A stretch of 64,000 nucleotides of DNA from Haplodiscus bocki. Its lineage: Eukaryota. Below are positions 27,481-38,989 of this stretch, one piece after another. The notes under the pieces are model-generated. The model was given only the letters and a program-made list of their open reading frames with translations. It ran no database searches and was not told where the DNA came from. Location of the stretch: assembly GCA_965655095.1 (NCBI GenBank), contig OZ296654.1:28272001-28336000 (forward strand), given 5' to 3'. Both the position numbers and the translations under genes were made by a program. Each line of letters starts with the position of its first letter. Positions within the stretch are counted from its first letter, which is position 1.

Positions 27481-28000
27481 TTGGATTACTTTTGTGATCA
27501 ATGTGATAGAATAATTAATATTACACTTAAAAGAAAACATCTTGAAAATTCAACACACAGCGAGCTTGAAAAATGTACACGTATAAATCACTTTTTTCAA
27601 AATCCTGATTTATTTGAACTCCGTTCAATATTTGACCAAGATAATACTAATCGCACTGGAAATTTTGAATTATATTGCTCTAAAGATGACTCTAAATTAG
27701 TTTTTGATACAGAAACTTGTCGTTTTAAATTTGATTAACAATTTAATCTTAAGAAAATTTCATCTAATAAAATTGTCATTGTTTTGGATGGACTATTTTA
27801 CTGATAGAGGACACAAATTTGTCCGAAAATTAAATTACGACTACGGGCATCAAAAGATGCGTGAATTGTGACTAACAAATAAAAAAACTAAGGCCATTAT
27901 TCGAATTGAATTTAAAAATTGATTATTTTTAATGGTTCTCATCTCATGAATACATCGGATAGAAGTGTTATTCATCCTTTAATTAGAAAATACCGTTAAG
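27481..28000 (+). pseudogene. C2H2/U1-type zinc-finger ORF, Polinton B
   Basis: YFCDQCD..KRKHLENSTH; decayed continuation to HPLIRKY. Confidence 0.6.
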
Positions 28001-28456
28001 TTCCATTTCGAAATTTTTTTTGAGAAAAATCAATTTTTTGGAAAGATTCTTTTTTATGAAGACTAAAATTTATTCCATCCACTCCTTTAATGTTTTCTTT
28101 CTCTTTGGCTGCTTCTTTTTTATATATTTTTTCCAAGTATTATAGTTGTAAAAAACCAACTCTCAGATAATTCAAATCCTTAACCAAATTTGCAACCATT
28201 CTCTATATAGCCATCAGCGATATATCATCTATTTCGCGTAAAATTTTTTTCAGGGATTTTCATCAAAATGATCACAATTGAAGAGAACAATAATCAAACA
28301 ATCACCAATCAAATTCAATTCTGCTCTTTCTCTTTCTGCTCTACTCTTTCATTGTTATAATGATCGCAGAAGGTAAATACTTTACAGAAGTTCAAAAATT
28401 TTTTTGATAGTTTTCCTTTATAAAGTAGAAAAATTTGAAATTTCCTATTAAAATAA

Positions 28457-28632
28457 ATGTATGCGTTGAATCAAACTGATAATTAGGACGCTTTCACCAG
28501 TTCTACAGATAACGAACACGATGATTTTAATCTCATTCTCAAATTTTTACTTTTATCAATCCCAGGTGGTATTTTATTGATGTATCTCATAGGTTTAATA
28601 TTATGGACAACCGTTAAACCTTTGTTTCCATA
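28457..28632 (+). pseudogene. Small single-pass membrane ORF, Polinton B
   Basis: Acidic N-terminus followed by LLLSIPGGILLMYLIGLILWTTVKPLF. Confidence 0.5.
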
Positions 28633-28643
28633 ACAATCAAATT

Positions 28644-29390
28644 TTGGATAAAGTTATTCATCCAATTCATCCAATCGGATGTATAATAACAGTACCTAGC
28701 GAATGTGGAAAATCAAATGTTCTTACAAATTTGGTTTGAAATAAAATCAACGAATATAAAAAATAAATATCAACTCAAAATCTCTAGAAAATGATTTATA
28801 TCAAAAACTAAACAAATGTTTCAGTAACTACTTACCAAAAAATATAATCCCAAACACTCTCAATCAGGAAGACTTAGATTTGATAAATGAGGAAATAGTT
28901 AACCATAAAGACTTTGAAAAATCAGACAAAGAGATCGAATCTTTTGGATCAATAGAAGAAATAAAATATCCACAAGAATATGTTTCTGATGAACCAGTTG
29001 ATATTATTTTAGATGATTTATATGAAAAGGAAATGAACAATTCTCGAGTTCAAGCAATGTTTAAATGATTTAGACATAACAGTATATCTACTTTTATACT
29101 CAGTCAAGAATACTACGAATTGCCAAAACGCACTATCTGAGCTGAAGAGTTTATCTATCATGTATTCAAACAAAACTCTTTCAAAACTTATCAAAATTTC
29201 TATCAAGACAAAGCATCCATGGAAATGACTCTTGACGAGCGTGAATTACTAACATCTATTTGTTAGAAAGAAAAATATCAACCTCTAAATGTTGATATGA
29301 CCAACACACATATGATTTGATAAACACACAGGGTGATTTCGTTGAGGATTAAACTCTCTATTTGTTCCAGATAAAAACCCTTCTTATTAT
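28644..29390 (+). pseudogene. A32-like DNA packaging ATPase, Polinton B
   Basis: CIITVPSECGKS (Walker A), IILDDL (Walker B), FRHNSISTFILSQEYYELPKRTI. Confidence 0.88.
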
Positions 29391-29399
29391 CCAATAAAT

Positions 29400-30300
29400 T
29401 AGTATCTATTCTAATGTGGCTGAACAAGATTTGAATGTTACAGGTAAAGTAGCAGAACAGTAGAAAAGTCGAAGAGCTTTTAAAAATAAGAAAAATTTTT
29501 TGAAAAAACTCCGGATAAAAAATCAGCGGAAAGCTATACCCAAAACATTAACAGAAAAGAATGATTGTATCGAAAAGTTACCAGATATAGTTGAGAAACC
29601 AGATTCCAAAAATGAAAACACTCAAGAGATAGTTGCTAGTTGATTTAGCTCAAATATTTCAGAAGGTAAAAGTGATGATAATGAACAAAGCATCAGAGCT
29701 ATTCCTAATATTTCCAAAACTAGCGATTTATTGAGAGAAACTTTGGGCTCATTAATGAAAAACCCCACCACGTAAAGATTTGATCAAGACGATTCGGCTA
29801 AAGTGACATTTTTTTGGAAATCTTATATATACAGTAGGTGGTGATAAAGCAAAAGTTAACTATAACGCTTCTGATTCAACTATTGAAATACACAAAGCTC
29901 TATCTTCAACAGTATTTACTGGTAAAAAGATGAAAAAAGATACTGATATTTCAATTTTCAGCAAAAATATAAACGATGTTGGTTATACTGGCGATGGAGA
30001 TAGACCTGCGGAACGTAAAGCTTTTTTAAGGCAGTCTTCCTAGGAGGGTTGCAGAAATTGAATCTAGGATTGTAAACGAAGGAGATTTTGATGATAAACA
30101 AAGTGAAGGAATGAAAATTATCACACTATCCATCATTATTTATGTTTGGACTAGATTGAAAGTCTTGTGAAGATAATTATTAGCTGAAGGTACCGATACT
30201 TTAACAGAAGCTAGTAATTTAGTAGATGAATTAAAAAGGAGAGGCGAAATATAAAACGAACTACAATATCGAAACTCTTTTGATATAATTAATACAAAAT
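29400..30300 (+). pseudogene. Conserved Polinton core/structural ORF, function unknown
   Basis: Ends ..GMKII..WTRL..GTDTLTEASNLVDELKRRGEI, a C-terminal pattern seen in Polinton-like virus ORFs next to the ATPase. Confidence 0.5.
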
Positions 30301-31085
30301 AGACGGAACTACCAGGTAAACTTTTGGAAAAAATAGCTTTCAATAAGAGACCCAAAACGAAGAACAGATGTTTGTTGTTCTGGATAAATCTACTCATGAA
30401 GAGCTTTTATCTGAACCACTGCAAACTAATAACAAACAATTTAAACTCGCTGGCACCTTCCTTAACCTATAACAGGTTATAATGGTTTCTTTTTTGTTAC
30501 AAACAAAAATCGTAAATTCTATTTCGAAACATCAATTTTCAATAAAAATGGAGTCATCCAATTAACAATTCCAACAGGTGATTACGAATTAGAAGCTTGG
30601 AAAGAAGAATTTAAAAAGATTTTTTTTGAAGAATGCCCTTTGACCCAATTAGTTTATCCTTTGACAATCAAAACAATTTTTTTCATACTTAGGTAGTATC
30701 ATAGAAATTTTCAAACAAAGACCAGTTTTAAGTTTTACTCCCGATGATAGTATAAGAGGTCTTTCATGTTTTAAGGCAGCCACAACACATGAAAAAAAAT
30801 CGCCTAATCCACTTGATATATTATCACTGGATCTTTTTTTCCTCGCAACTGATACCACACAGGGGTTATTTTTTAGAGGTGAGAGATCAAGATAAATCTA
30901 CATTTTTACCATGCATATCGATCCGGGGTTTATATACATGGATGAATTTAGAGGGTGTGTTGAATGGTATATGATGGAAAGTCCAGATTTTTTTTCAAGG
31001 TAAGTTTTATATGAAAAATTAGATTAGTGGTTTAGTATCATTCATTGACAATCAATAACTTTTCGTTTATCGTTCAAAGAAGTTT
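30300..31085 (+). pseudogene. Minor capsid protein (penton), Polinton B
   Basis: GYNG.F.VTNKN.KFYF, ITIPTGDYELE, FTPDDSIRGL..F, DPG, ITFRLS.KEV. Confidence 0.72.
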
Positions 31086-31254
31086 AATTTCATACCCAAT
31101 AAAAGCCAAAAGCTTTAATGAAGTCACATTAATTTTTTATTAAACCAAAAATAAAATATAAACCAATAGTACAATTTATCTCATCAACCTATCTTTACCA
31201 CAATATCTACAAATTTTTCAGCAGAAAATATTATCAGGAAGTGGTTTTACAGTG

Positions 31255-32595
31255 TATGAAGACTCTTCAAAAACCTTTTAATCATTTTCTGGATCAGTAG
31301 ACGAGCCTTGAATATTTTTAATTATTAGATGACATATCGATCAATACTTCAAATATTACACATGAATATATGAAAAAAAAATTCAACAATGAACCCAACC
31401 CAATGATCAAATTTGAGGTAATGATTTTTTTGGAGAAAATAACAACTATCACCAGGTAGGTAATGGATACTTTGAATTTGAAAAAACCCTATGAAAGTAT
31501 GGTAAAAATTTTGGTAACCTTGATGGTAATGGCAATGTTGATGAACCAATTAGATTGGTAATTTCTGAATCTGCTTCCTCCTTCAGCATTGCAACGCTCA
31601 GTACCAGAGGTGACAATCTTGTACAGAATAATAATGTTGGTCTTTTTCCGACAATTTTGAAAATTTTAACAAGTAAATGTGTGGATCTAAAATCAAAAAT
31701 TGGTAAAATTAAGGAATCTCAGAATGGGATTAAGGGCTCATCATTGAATAAAACACTTATCGATAATCATGAAAAAGAAGTCAATAGGAGGGAAAGTAAA
31801 AAGCTACTTACCCATAGAACATATTTTCGGATTTTGCAAAAACTTTCAAAGGAATCACAAAAACTTTAGAATTTCACTTAAACCTCAGAACATCGGATTG
31901 ACAAGATCTTAATTACACAACGATAGGTGTTGATATTATTATAACTTTTGTTGAATTATATCCACACATCCAAACATTTATTGCCGATCTGGAAACTGAA
32001 CGACTGTTCCAGGGATCAATCATAAATAATTTACGTTATCATTCGCTTTTTGGACAATTGATAGAAAAATTGAATACAGAACAGGAATATCAATTTGAAA
32101 AGTATCAGCATCCATTAATATTTCACCTCAATACTTAGCGCATCAAACAAAAACCACATCAGGTCATGCAAGAAAAGCGAAGTATTTTGCGGTTTTTGAT
32201 AATGTAGACTTAGGAAAATATTTTTCCGAAATTGATCAAGCCCGTTACCCTAGAGAAGCTGTGGACTCTGAAGAATCTAAAAATGATTATATAAAGCAAA
32301 ACAGAGATCCCAAATAGTGTTTTATTGAGTTTATCGCTGAGCCCCTATCAAACCCATTTATGAATTATAATGGAATTATAATGATATGAGGAACTTCTAG
32401 CCTATTCAGGTCATCGACTTAGGTTGCGAGTCGATCAAGTTGAATCTAAGACAGTCCAACTATTTCTTAGGAAAGTAAAATTCCGAGGAATGTAGAACTA
32501 ACGTGAATAATGTTAGCTTATTTGCTATATTAATGACACACAGGGAAATCAAAGTGGTTTCTCAAGGAATGAATATTTCTCAATTTTTTGTTATT
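31255..32595 (+). pseudogene. Major capsid protein, Polinton B
   Basis: FGENNNYHQVGNGY.EF, EPIRLV, ATLST, EHIF, AVFDNVDLGKYFSEIDQARYPR, PIQVIDL. Confidence 0.78.
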
Positions 32596-32598
32596 CAG

Positions 32599-32992
32599 TA
32601 TGACGAAACCTATCTTAGAGATTTTATGAAGAAATAGATTTTCAAGGATGATAATATGAATGAAATTGAGTTAAAAAAGTTAATGATTTTCCCATTTGTC
32701 CTAGCGATTCAATATTAACAACAAACAAAGGATTTATAATTTTTGATAATGGTAGCATGGGGTGAGTCATCGCGTGTGTTTTGACCTAAAAGAGAACGAA
32801 CCATTTTACTTGGACTCGTTTGGAGGAAATGCCGATTTTTTTTGCGGAACCAATTATCAAAACCAATCACTTTTCATAATTCTAAATTTCAAGATATAAA
32901 TACTAACTTAGGTTGTGTGTAATGCTTGAAGTTTTTATATCTAAAGAAAGAACGGAATATTTCAACGCTGTTTTAAATATCTACTTTGGTTA
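32599..32992 (+). pseudogene. Adenain-like cysteine protease, Polinton B
   Basis: DNGSMG..H, YLDSFGG, FQDINTNLGC..C (His/Asp/Gln/Cys arrangement). Confidence 0.8.
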
Positions 32993-32997
32993 ACTAA

Positions 32998-34405
32998 ATG
33001 CCGATATATTTGTTTTGTAGCACTTCTCGCTCACATGAGAAGGGTAAAAGTCTGACACATCCTTGTTTGATCAAAAGCACTACTTGAAAACTAACTATTT
33101 TGAAAGTAATAAGGAAGAAAACATCAACATGAAAAATCAAAACAGAGTTAAGAAATTCAGCTCTTCCTCTTGATGATGAAGAGACAGTTTCAATATTTTA
33201 TAATGATATTAAGTTCAATGATACAAGTATATTAAATAACTCTGCAGCTTTGACTTTGAAGATAAAAAGCTAGAAAAAAAATTTTTTCAAAGTAAATTAT
33301 CAACCAGCGGTAGATAGCCATGTATTACCAAAATATATGTAGACATTGAAATAAATGAGTTTATTTTGGTGAGAGTTCATCAAAATAATGACTTTCATCA
33401 TAATTCATTAGTTGAAAAATCACGTATGATTCTAAATTCTGAAACAACTAAATTTAATCATGCTGCAACAAAAAATTAAGTTGATGTCACTATAGATGAA
33501 ACATCATCAGCAAAAAAAATCAATGAATATAAAACTAATTCTTAAGGCAAAATCTCACAACTAAAATTAAATTTGGAACCGATGATAATCACGCTGGAAC
33601 CTCAGCTTATGTTGATTCGTTATCTGAAATGAGTCGCAGTAGACGTGATTTATCTTTAGTATTGAATGATCGGGATATTGAATTTGATGAAAATAAGTTA
33701 TCAATTTTAGATATTAATGCAGTTATCAGAAATCCTGCCACAAATAAAGAACTCTCGAACATAATTGTGTCGAGGACTCGTTAGGAGAAGGCACTACTCT
33801 TAGATTCAACCAAATGTTAAAAAAGATTTTGGAAATTATTTTTGGAGAGAGCGTTTAAAACCTTACAAAACATAACAAAGAAAAAAATAGAGATACATCA
33901 AAATTTATTTATCCAATTTCAGGTGGATGGCTTTTGCATTGAGGGAACAATAAATGTAATGATAAAACTATTAATCAGAAAAACAAAAATTACCAACGTG
34001 TTTTTCGGATGCAACGAGCCTACCTCCTATAGGAGATACTTTTATGTTCATTGAAACAAGTGGAAGTAATTCAACAAATCAAAATTACTGTGTTAGTTCC
34101 GAAAGAACAGAATTTCTCCAACTTACTGAAATGCGTTTCTAATAAAAAAGAATTTAAATTTCAACTAATGTTTCATTGAATTCGATGGGGAGCTTAAGAA
34201 TTCAATTATTGATAAATGGTGAGTGGGCAACAAAGTATACAATCAGAAAAGTACTAATTGTAGCGCTACAGAAACTGGCTGGATTTTATTAACTGTAGAT
34301 TTTTCTTAAACTACATATGGAATTAAATTATTTTGTGATCGAATTCATACAGCACTTGCACATATGTGTTTTAGTAAAGCTATGATAGCACAATTTGTTT
34401 TCTGA
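32998..34405 (+). pseudogene. Putative fibre/spike protein: KxYVD repeats plus a C-terminal MAM-like beta domain
   Basis: PK.YVD, HAATKN*VD and HAGTSAYVD repeats; GDTFMFIETSGS; W.LLTVDF..YGIKL. Confidence 0.55.
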
Positions 34406-34939
34406 TGTTTGCGAAACAATCATCTTGTTCTCTTAGAACGAATAAAGAAATCATGTAAATTACTTCGAAGACTTATTTGTATCAATCCCAGATTAATGGA
34501 AGAAGGTCTTATTTTTGTTTTTAGTTAAAAATGATATCGATTTAAAGATTGAATATGGTTTTCTTGAAAAAGTTTTCTCATGGTCTTTGTGTAGAGTTCA
34601 AGGAAAACTGTAAATGAACAAAACGAGGAAAATCTTGGTTATATAAAAAACTAAGAAAATTCAAACATCGAAAAATTTCCTAATAAGTAAATGGGGAACT
34701 ATTTCGAAACTTTGTTTGAGGATGTTGGTTGAAAAAGATTGTTGATATTATTATTATTGGATCAAGACAAAGTAAAACGGCAAATTTACGGATTAAGATA
34801 TAATTGTGAAAAAAAATTAGCTTCGCAAAAAATACATAGACAGAGGATACTAAAAGAATACGTTGCTGAATAAAGATTACAATAGAAATTTCTGTTTATT
34901 AAACAAAATCATTTCTAAATTTGGAAAAAGATCCCGCAA

Positions 34940-35525
34940 TACTAAAAACATCTACCGAAAATGATGAACTCGGAGAGCTAAAATGTAGGACGGAAAAACA
35001 TGATTACAAAAACAATTTAAAATCACTTCATTTTGAGAATGATTTTTGTAAAAAGAAATATAATGTTTAAACAAAAGGAAAAAATAATTGAATATTCCTG
35101 AAATTTTATTACGTTCAAGCCCTACATATGTATCTTCAACATATTCAATTGTTAATCAGTTAACCCTATTATTGGTTTTCGCATAGCAAGTAGTTCAGCT
35201 CTGTTTACATCAATAACTATAATAAACAAAAGTGAATTTATTTCAAATTTATAAGTAGGTTTAACTAAGCTTAGAAATTGTATAATCGTAATTGGTTTAC
35301 TATATGGAAAGTCATTGGAACAAGCGATGTTAGATAAAAAAGATAGACGAAAAAAAAGCTGTTGAATTAACAAAGGTTTAAAAACATTTGTTGGATAGAA
35401 GAACTGATATAATGAAGAATATTCAGTTCAAAGTTGAGGATATTTTTGGTGATGTTTTAGGTAAAGAATGTATTGGTAGTGAGCAAAGAATTAAATTGAA
35501 TAGTTTTTGAGACAAAATGATGTAG
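34940..35525 (+). pseudogene. Helical ORF with a hydrophobic hairpin, Polinton B
   Basis: Charged coiled segments flank SSTYSIV..NPIIGFRIASSSALFTSITII. Confidence 0.45.
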
Positions 35526-36289
35526 AGATTACATTCAATACAAACAGTAATTTATTTATTCGATTTAAAAATGTCTTGAGAAATCAGTTCAATCAAGTGC
35601 ACCTCCTGCATATTTATTTTTTCAGTGAAAAAAGTGATTAGAAGGTTTTTGTTTAGGCGGACGTCACTATAACTAGACGGTAAATCAATATAAAAATGAA
35701 AGTCCTAAGTCTTAGAAAGGATGAAAATGTTAAACTTATTAGAGGTACTTGCCGTATTTGTGGACATAATAGACCACACATTTTTACTAAGTAATTGTCG
35801 AGAAGAGAAGATATTCACAAGAAAGGAAAATATAAACTTGGTAAGTGTAGCTCTATGTCAAATTCAATCTGGGTGTGATTTGAATAGCAAAGGTGATAAT
35901 CTTAACTTGCATGATATGTGTTGAAAACCAAAATGTATTTGTTAGAAACAAAATACGTTTACCCCCAAACAATCCCTGCTGGAAGAAGCTAGATTTAAAA
36001 TCGAAATACAAAAATAAACTTAAAGGAACCCAAACAGCTTGGAACTTTTTTAAGCTCATCAATTAACACAACAGCTCCTGTTTTTGGAATGGCTCTGGCG
36101 GCAAAAACATAGAAGGTTGCAGCGGACCAGGCTACAACAATTTTTTAAAAACTTAAAGTTGAAGTGAGGTTCAATCAATAACAGATATGCACGGAAATGT
36201 CTCGAGATTGATAGTTAAATAAAGCATTCCATACAAAGTTCTCTAACCAAATTAGTGGTTTAATAGCAGATATATTTGGTTATGATTTG

Positions 36290-36850
36290 ATGAAAAGAAA
36301 AAGATATATTCTAAATATAAAGCTGTTTGTTTGAAACTGAACTTTCATAACGTCAAATCAGCTAAAGATTGTTTACATCAACAAAGCAAAAGCCTGCAGA
36401 AAACCTGTAGAAATCAGACACAAAGGGAGTATCAGAGTAATAACAAAGGAAAAAGGAACGAACAGTTGAAAAGCAAAAATCAAACAGATAAGAATATTTG
36501 TTTAATTCAGAATAAAAGACGTAGTATCCATCACGCTCTGAAAGTTGAGTCAAAAACTTCTCCTGCAAAGAGATATATTAGAAATAGACATTGAAAGTTA
36601 TGAAAAGTGGATAACTTTCAGAAGACTCCAGATAAAAACTGGTCTAATAAAGATATCGATCACTTGAAACCAATTTCATCGTTTGATATCCAAAGGTGAA
36701 GAACTAAAAGAAGCATTCAATTGGACGTGCACATAACCATTTTTAAAAAAACAAATTCATCAACATAAAGGAACTGAAATTGATTTCCTTGATTAGAGGT
36801 TGCAGTTTATTAAAGCTCATTAATTCGTTAGGCCCAATGAACAGGGACTT
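36290..36850 (+). pseudogene. HNH-like endonuclease, Polinton B
   Basis: RRSIHHALK..ILEID..W..DIDHLKPISSFD..EAFNW..P, as in NCLDV/phage-type HNH proteins. Confidence 0.65.
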
Positions 36851-37690
36851 AACAAAGATTTTCATTGGTGAAATTGACAGCTTTCCATTCAGATAAAATT
36901 ATCCAACCAACAGGAACAAATAAAATTATATCGACGAAATATGAGTCGTCGACCTAATGGACATGTCCGATTATAAGTCTTCAAGCAATAAAAGAGTTAA
37001 GTACCTTCCAATATCATTGGTAATTTCTCAAGATATACCTAATTTTGTACCACTGGAGAATAAAAACACACAAACAAAATCAGTGAAATTTCCAAACCGC
37101 TGAATATTTTAAAAGGAAAACCCATTGAATTAAAAAGCGATTGAGGAAGAGAATTTCACACTTCTCTTTTTCAAAACTTCTTGCAGGTCAAAAAAATCAT
37201 CCTAACTGCAGATTCAAAGTTAAAAGTCCCTCGATAGCAGAACGAGCGCTTAGAACCATACAAATTTTACAAAAAACTAGTCGTTCTAAGAGGAGACGCT
37301 GAATGGATGACAGCGATTTCATCAATCACTAAACACTATATTAATACCATACACAACTCAATAGAAAGGACCGAATTTCAAGCTTGTAAAAAAATTTGTG
37401 AAAAAGTAGTTTTTACCAATCTCCAAGACAAAAGAAACAGACACGAACCAAAAATAAAACGAGGACAAGTAGTTAGAACCGCTGATTTTTTTAAAAAAAA
37501 GTAGTGTTCAGTAAGAGAGATAGTGCGAATTGGAGTCATATATTATAGACAATAAGTGAACTATTCCAAGACATCATACCAAGTTACAGAGTCATTTATT
37601 TATCCGAAAGAATTATAAAAACCCATAAAGACCTACAAGGCAAACCCGTGAAGAAAAGAACCAAGTAATGAAAAAAGTAAAATTAGTTCA
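36850..37690 (+). pseudogene. Retroviral-like (rve) DDE integrase, Polinton B
   Basis: VDLMDM, IIGNFSRY, KSD*GREF, IAERALRT, YINTIHNS, GQVVRTAD, FSKRDSANWS. Confidence 0.88.
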
Positions 37691-37707
37691 AAAAAACACT
37701 GATAAAA

Positions 37708-38980
37708 ATTGGAAATAACTCGAGATGAACATTTTGAAGACTATGCTGAACGATGTCTATACTGTATGCGTGTTACCCTCCTACCATAAGAACATGAATT
37801 GATTTGTATTGCTTGTGAATATATTGTAATAAAAGAATGGGGGATATAAGTAAACTTTCAAAGAGAAAAAGAATTTTATCAATCGAATAAAAGAAGGTGA
37901 AAAAAAGATTATATGTATTTGTTTTGGCATGTTTAGAAAAATATGAAGGTGGTAATTTGAATGAATTTTTCAAGGTTTTATCAAAATTGAAAAACAAGAA
38001 ACTAAATACCAAAACAGAAATACTTGAAAAATATAAAACTAATGATGAAGAATTTGAACAAAAAGATTAATCTAGCACAGCAAAAATTATGTGTTGAACT
38101 GGACATGATATTATAAAAATAATGAATGGATGGCTTACTATGATGGCTGTTATGAAAAAGATTTTTTTGGGTTAATGTCATCTGTTTTATCAGCTGTAGC
38201 CCAAAAAAAGACAGACTTGACTGGTGAATGTTATGTAGAGGTAAATGATAGAAGATATATTTTACATCCAGATGAAAATAATATAATACGAGAACGGAAA
38301 CCACCAAAATTTTTGAGAACTCGACAACAAGACGTTAATGAAACACAAATAAGGCGAAAGAAAAAGGTTTCTTAAAAAGAAAATAGTGACTTAGGAGTCA
38401 AATCTGATCCGAAAAAGAAAATCAAACAGATTGTTGAAGTACAGAAAACTGATGTGGAATGTCCTGGCTGCAAAAACTGGAATTTGACTGAAGTTGTTGA
38501 GGGATACTTCTGTGGGAATTGTGAATGCAATATTAAAAAACCAAAACATCAAAGAGACATAAAAATATGAAAACAAGAAAATAAGACTTTTAATAGACAG
38601 CCTTCTGCAAACAAAAAAAGGGCAAATTAATTTTTCCCCGATGAACAATAAATTCAAAACAATAGAAGATATGGTTGATAAACAACAAAAATAAAAAGTT
38701 GATACAAAATTGAATTTCCATCAAAAATTAAGTGATTGATATGATCAAATGAATTATATCAGACAAAGTAATTTTTTTATGTTTGAAAAAGGTCGCTTTA
38801 GTAAAGAAGCTCAAGGTATAGCTTTTATATTGCATGAAGCATTGTTATTGATTGAATTTTTGCAGGTGAAAACGTAGAATGTTGATGAAAAGAAACATTA
38901 ATTTGATTTGTATTATACTACAATTGAAAATTTATTAGATGGAGGAGAAAATGGAAGTTCCAGATAACGTATTGCAAGAT
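37708..38980 (+). pseudogene. Cluster of small accessory ORFs (several CxxC Zn-ribbon-like), Polinton B
   Basis: CLYC..CIAC, ORF 38130..38375, CPGC..CGNCEC. Confidence 0.45.
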
Positions 38981-38989
38981 TTTCATAGT

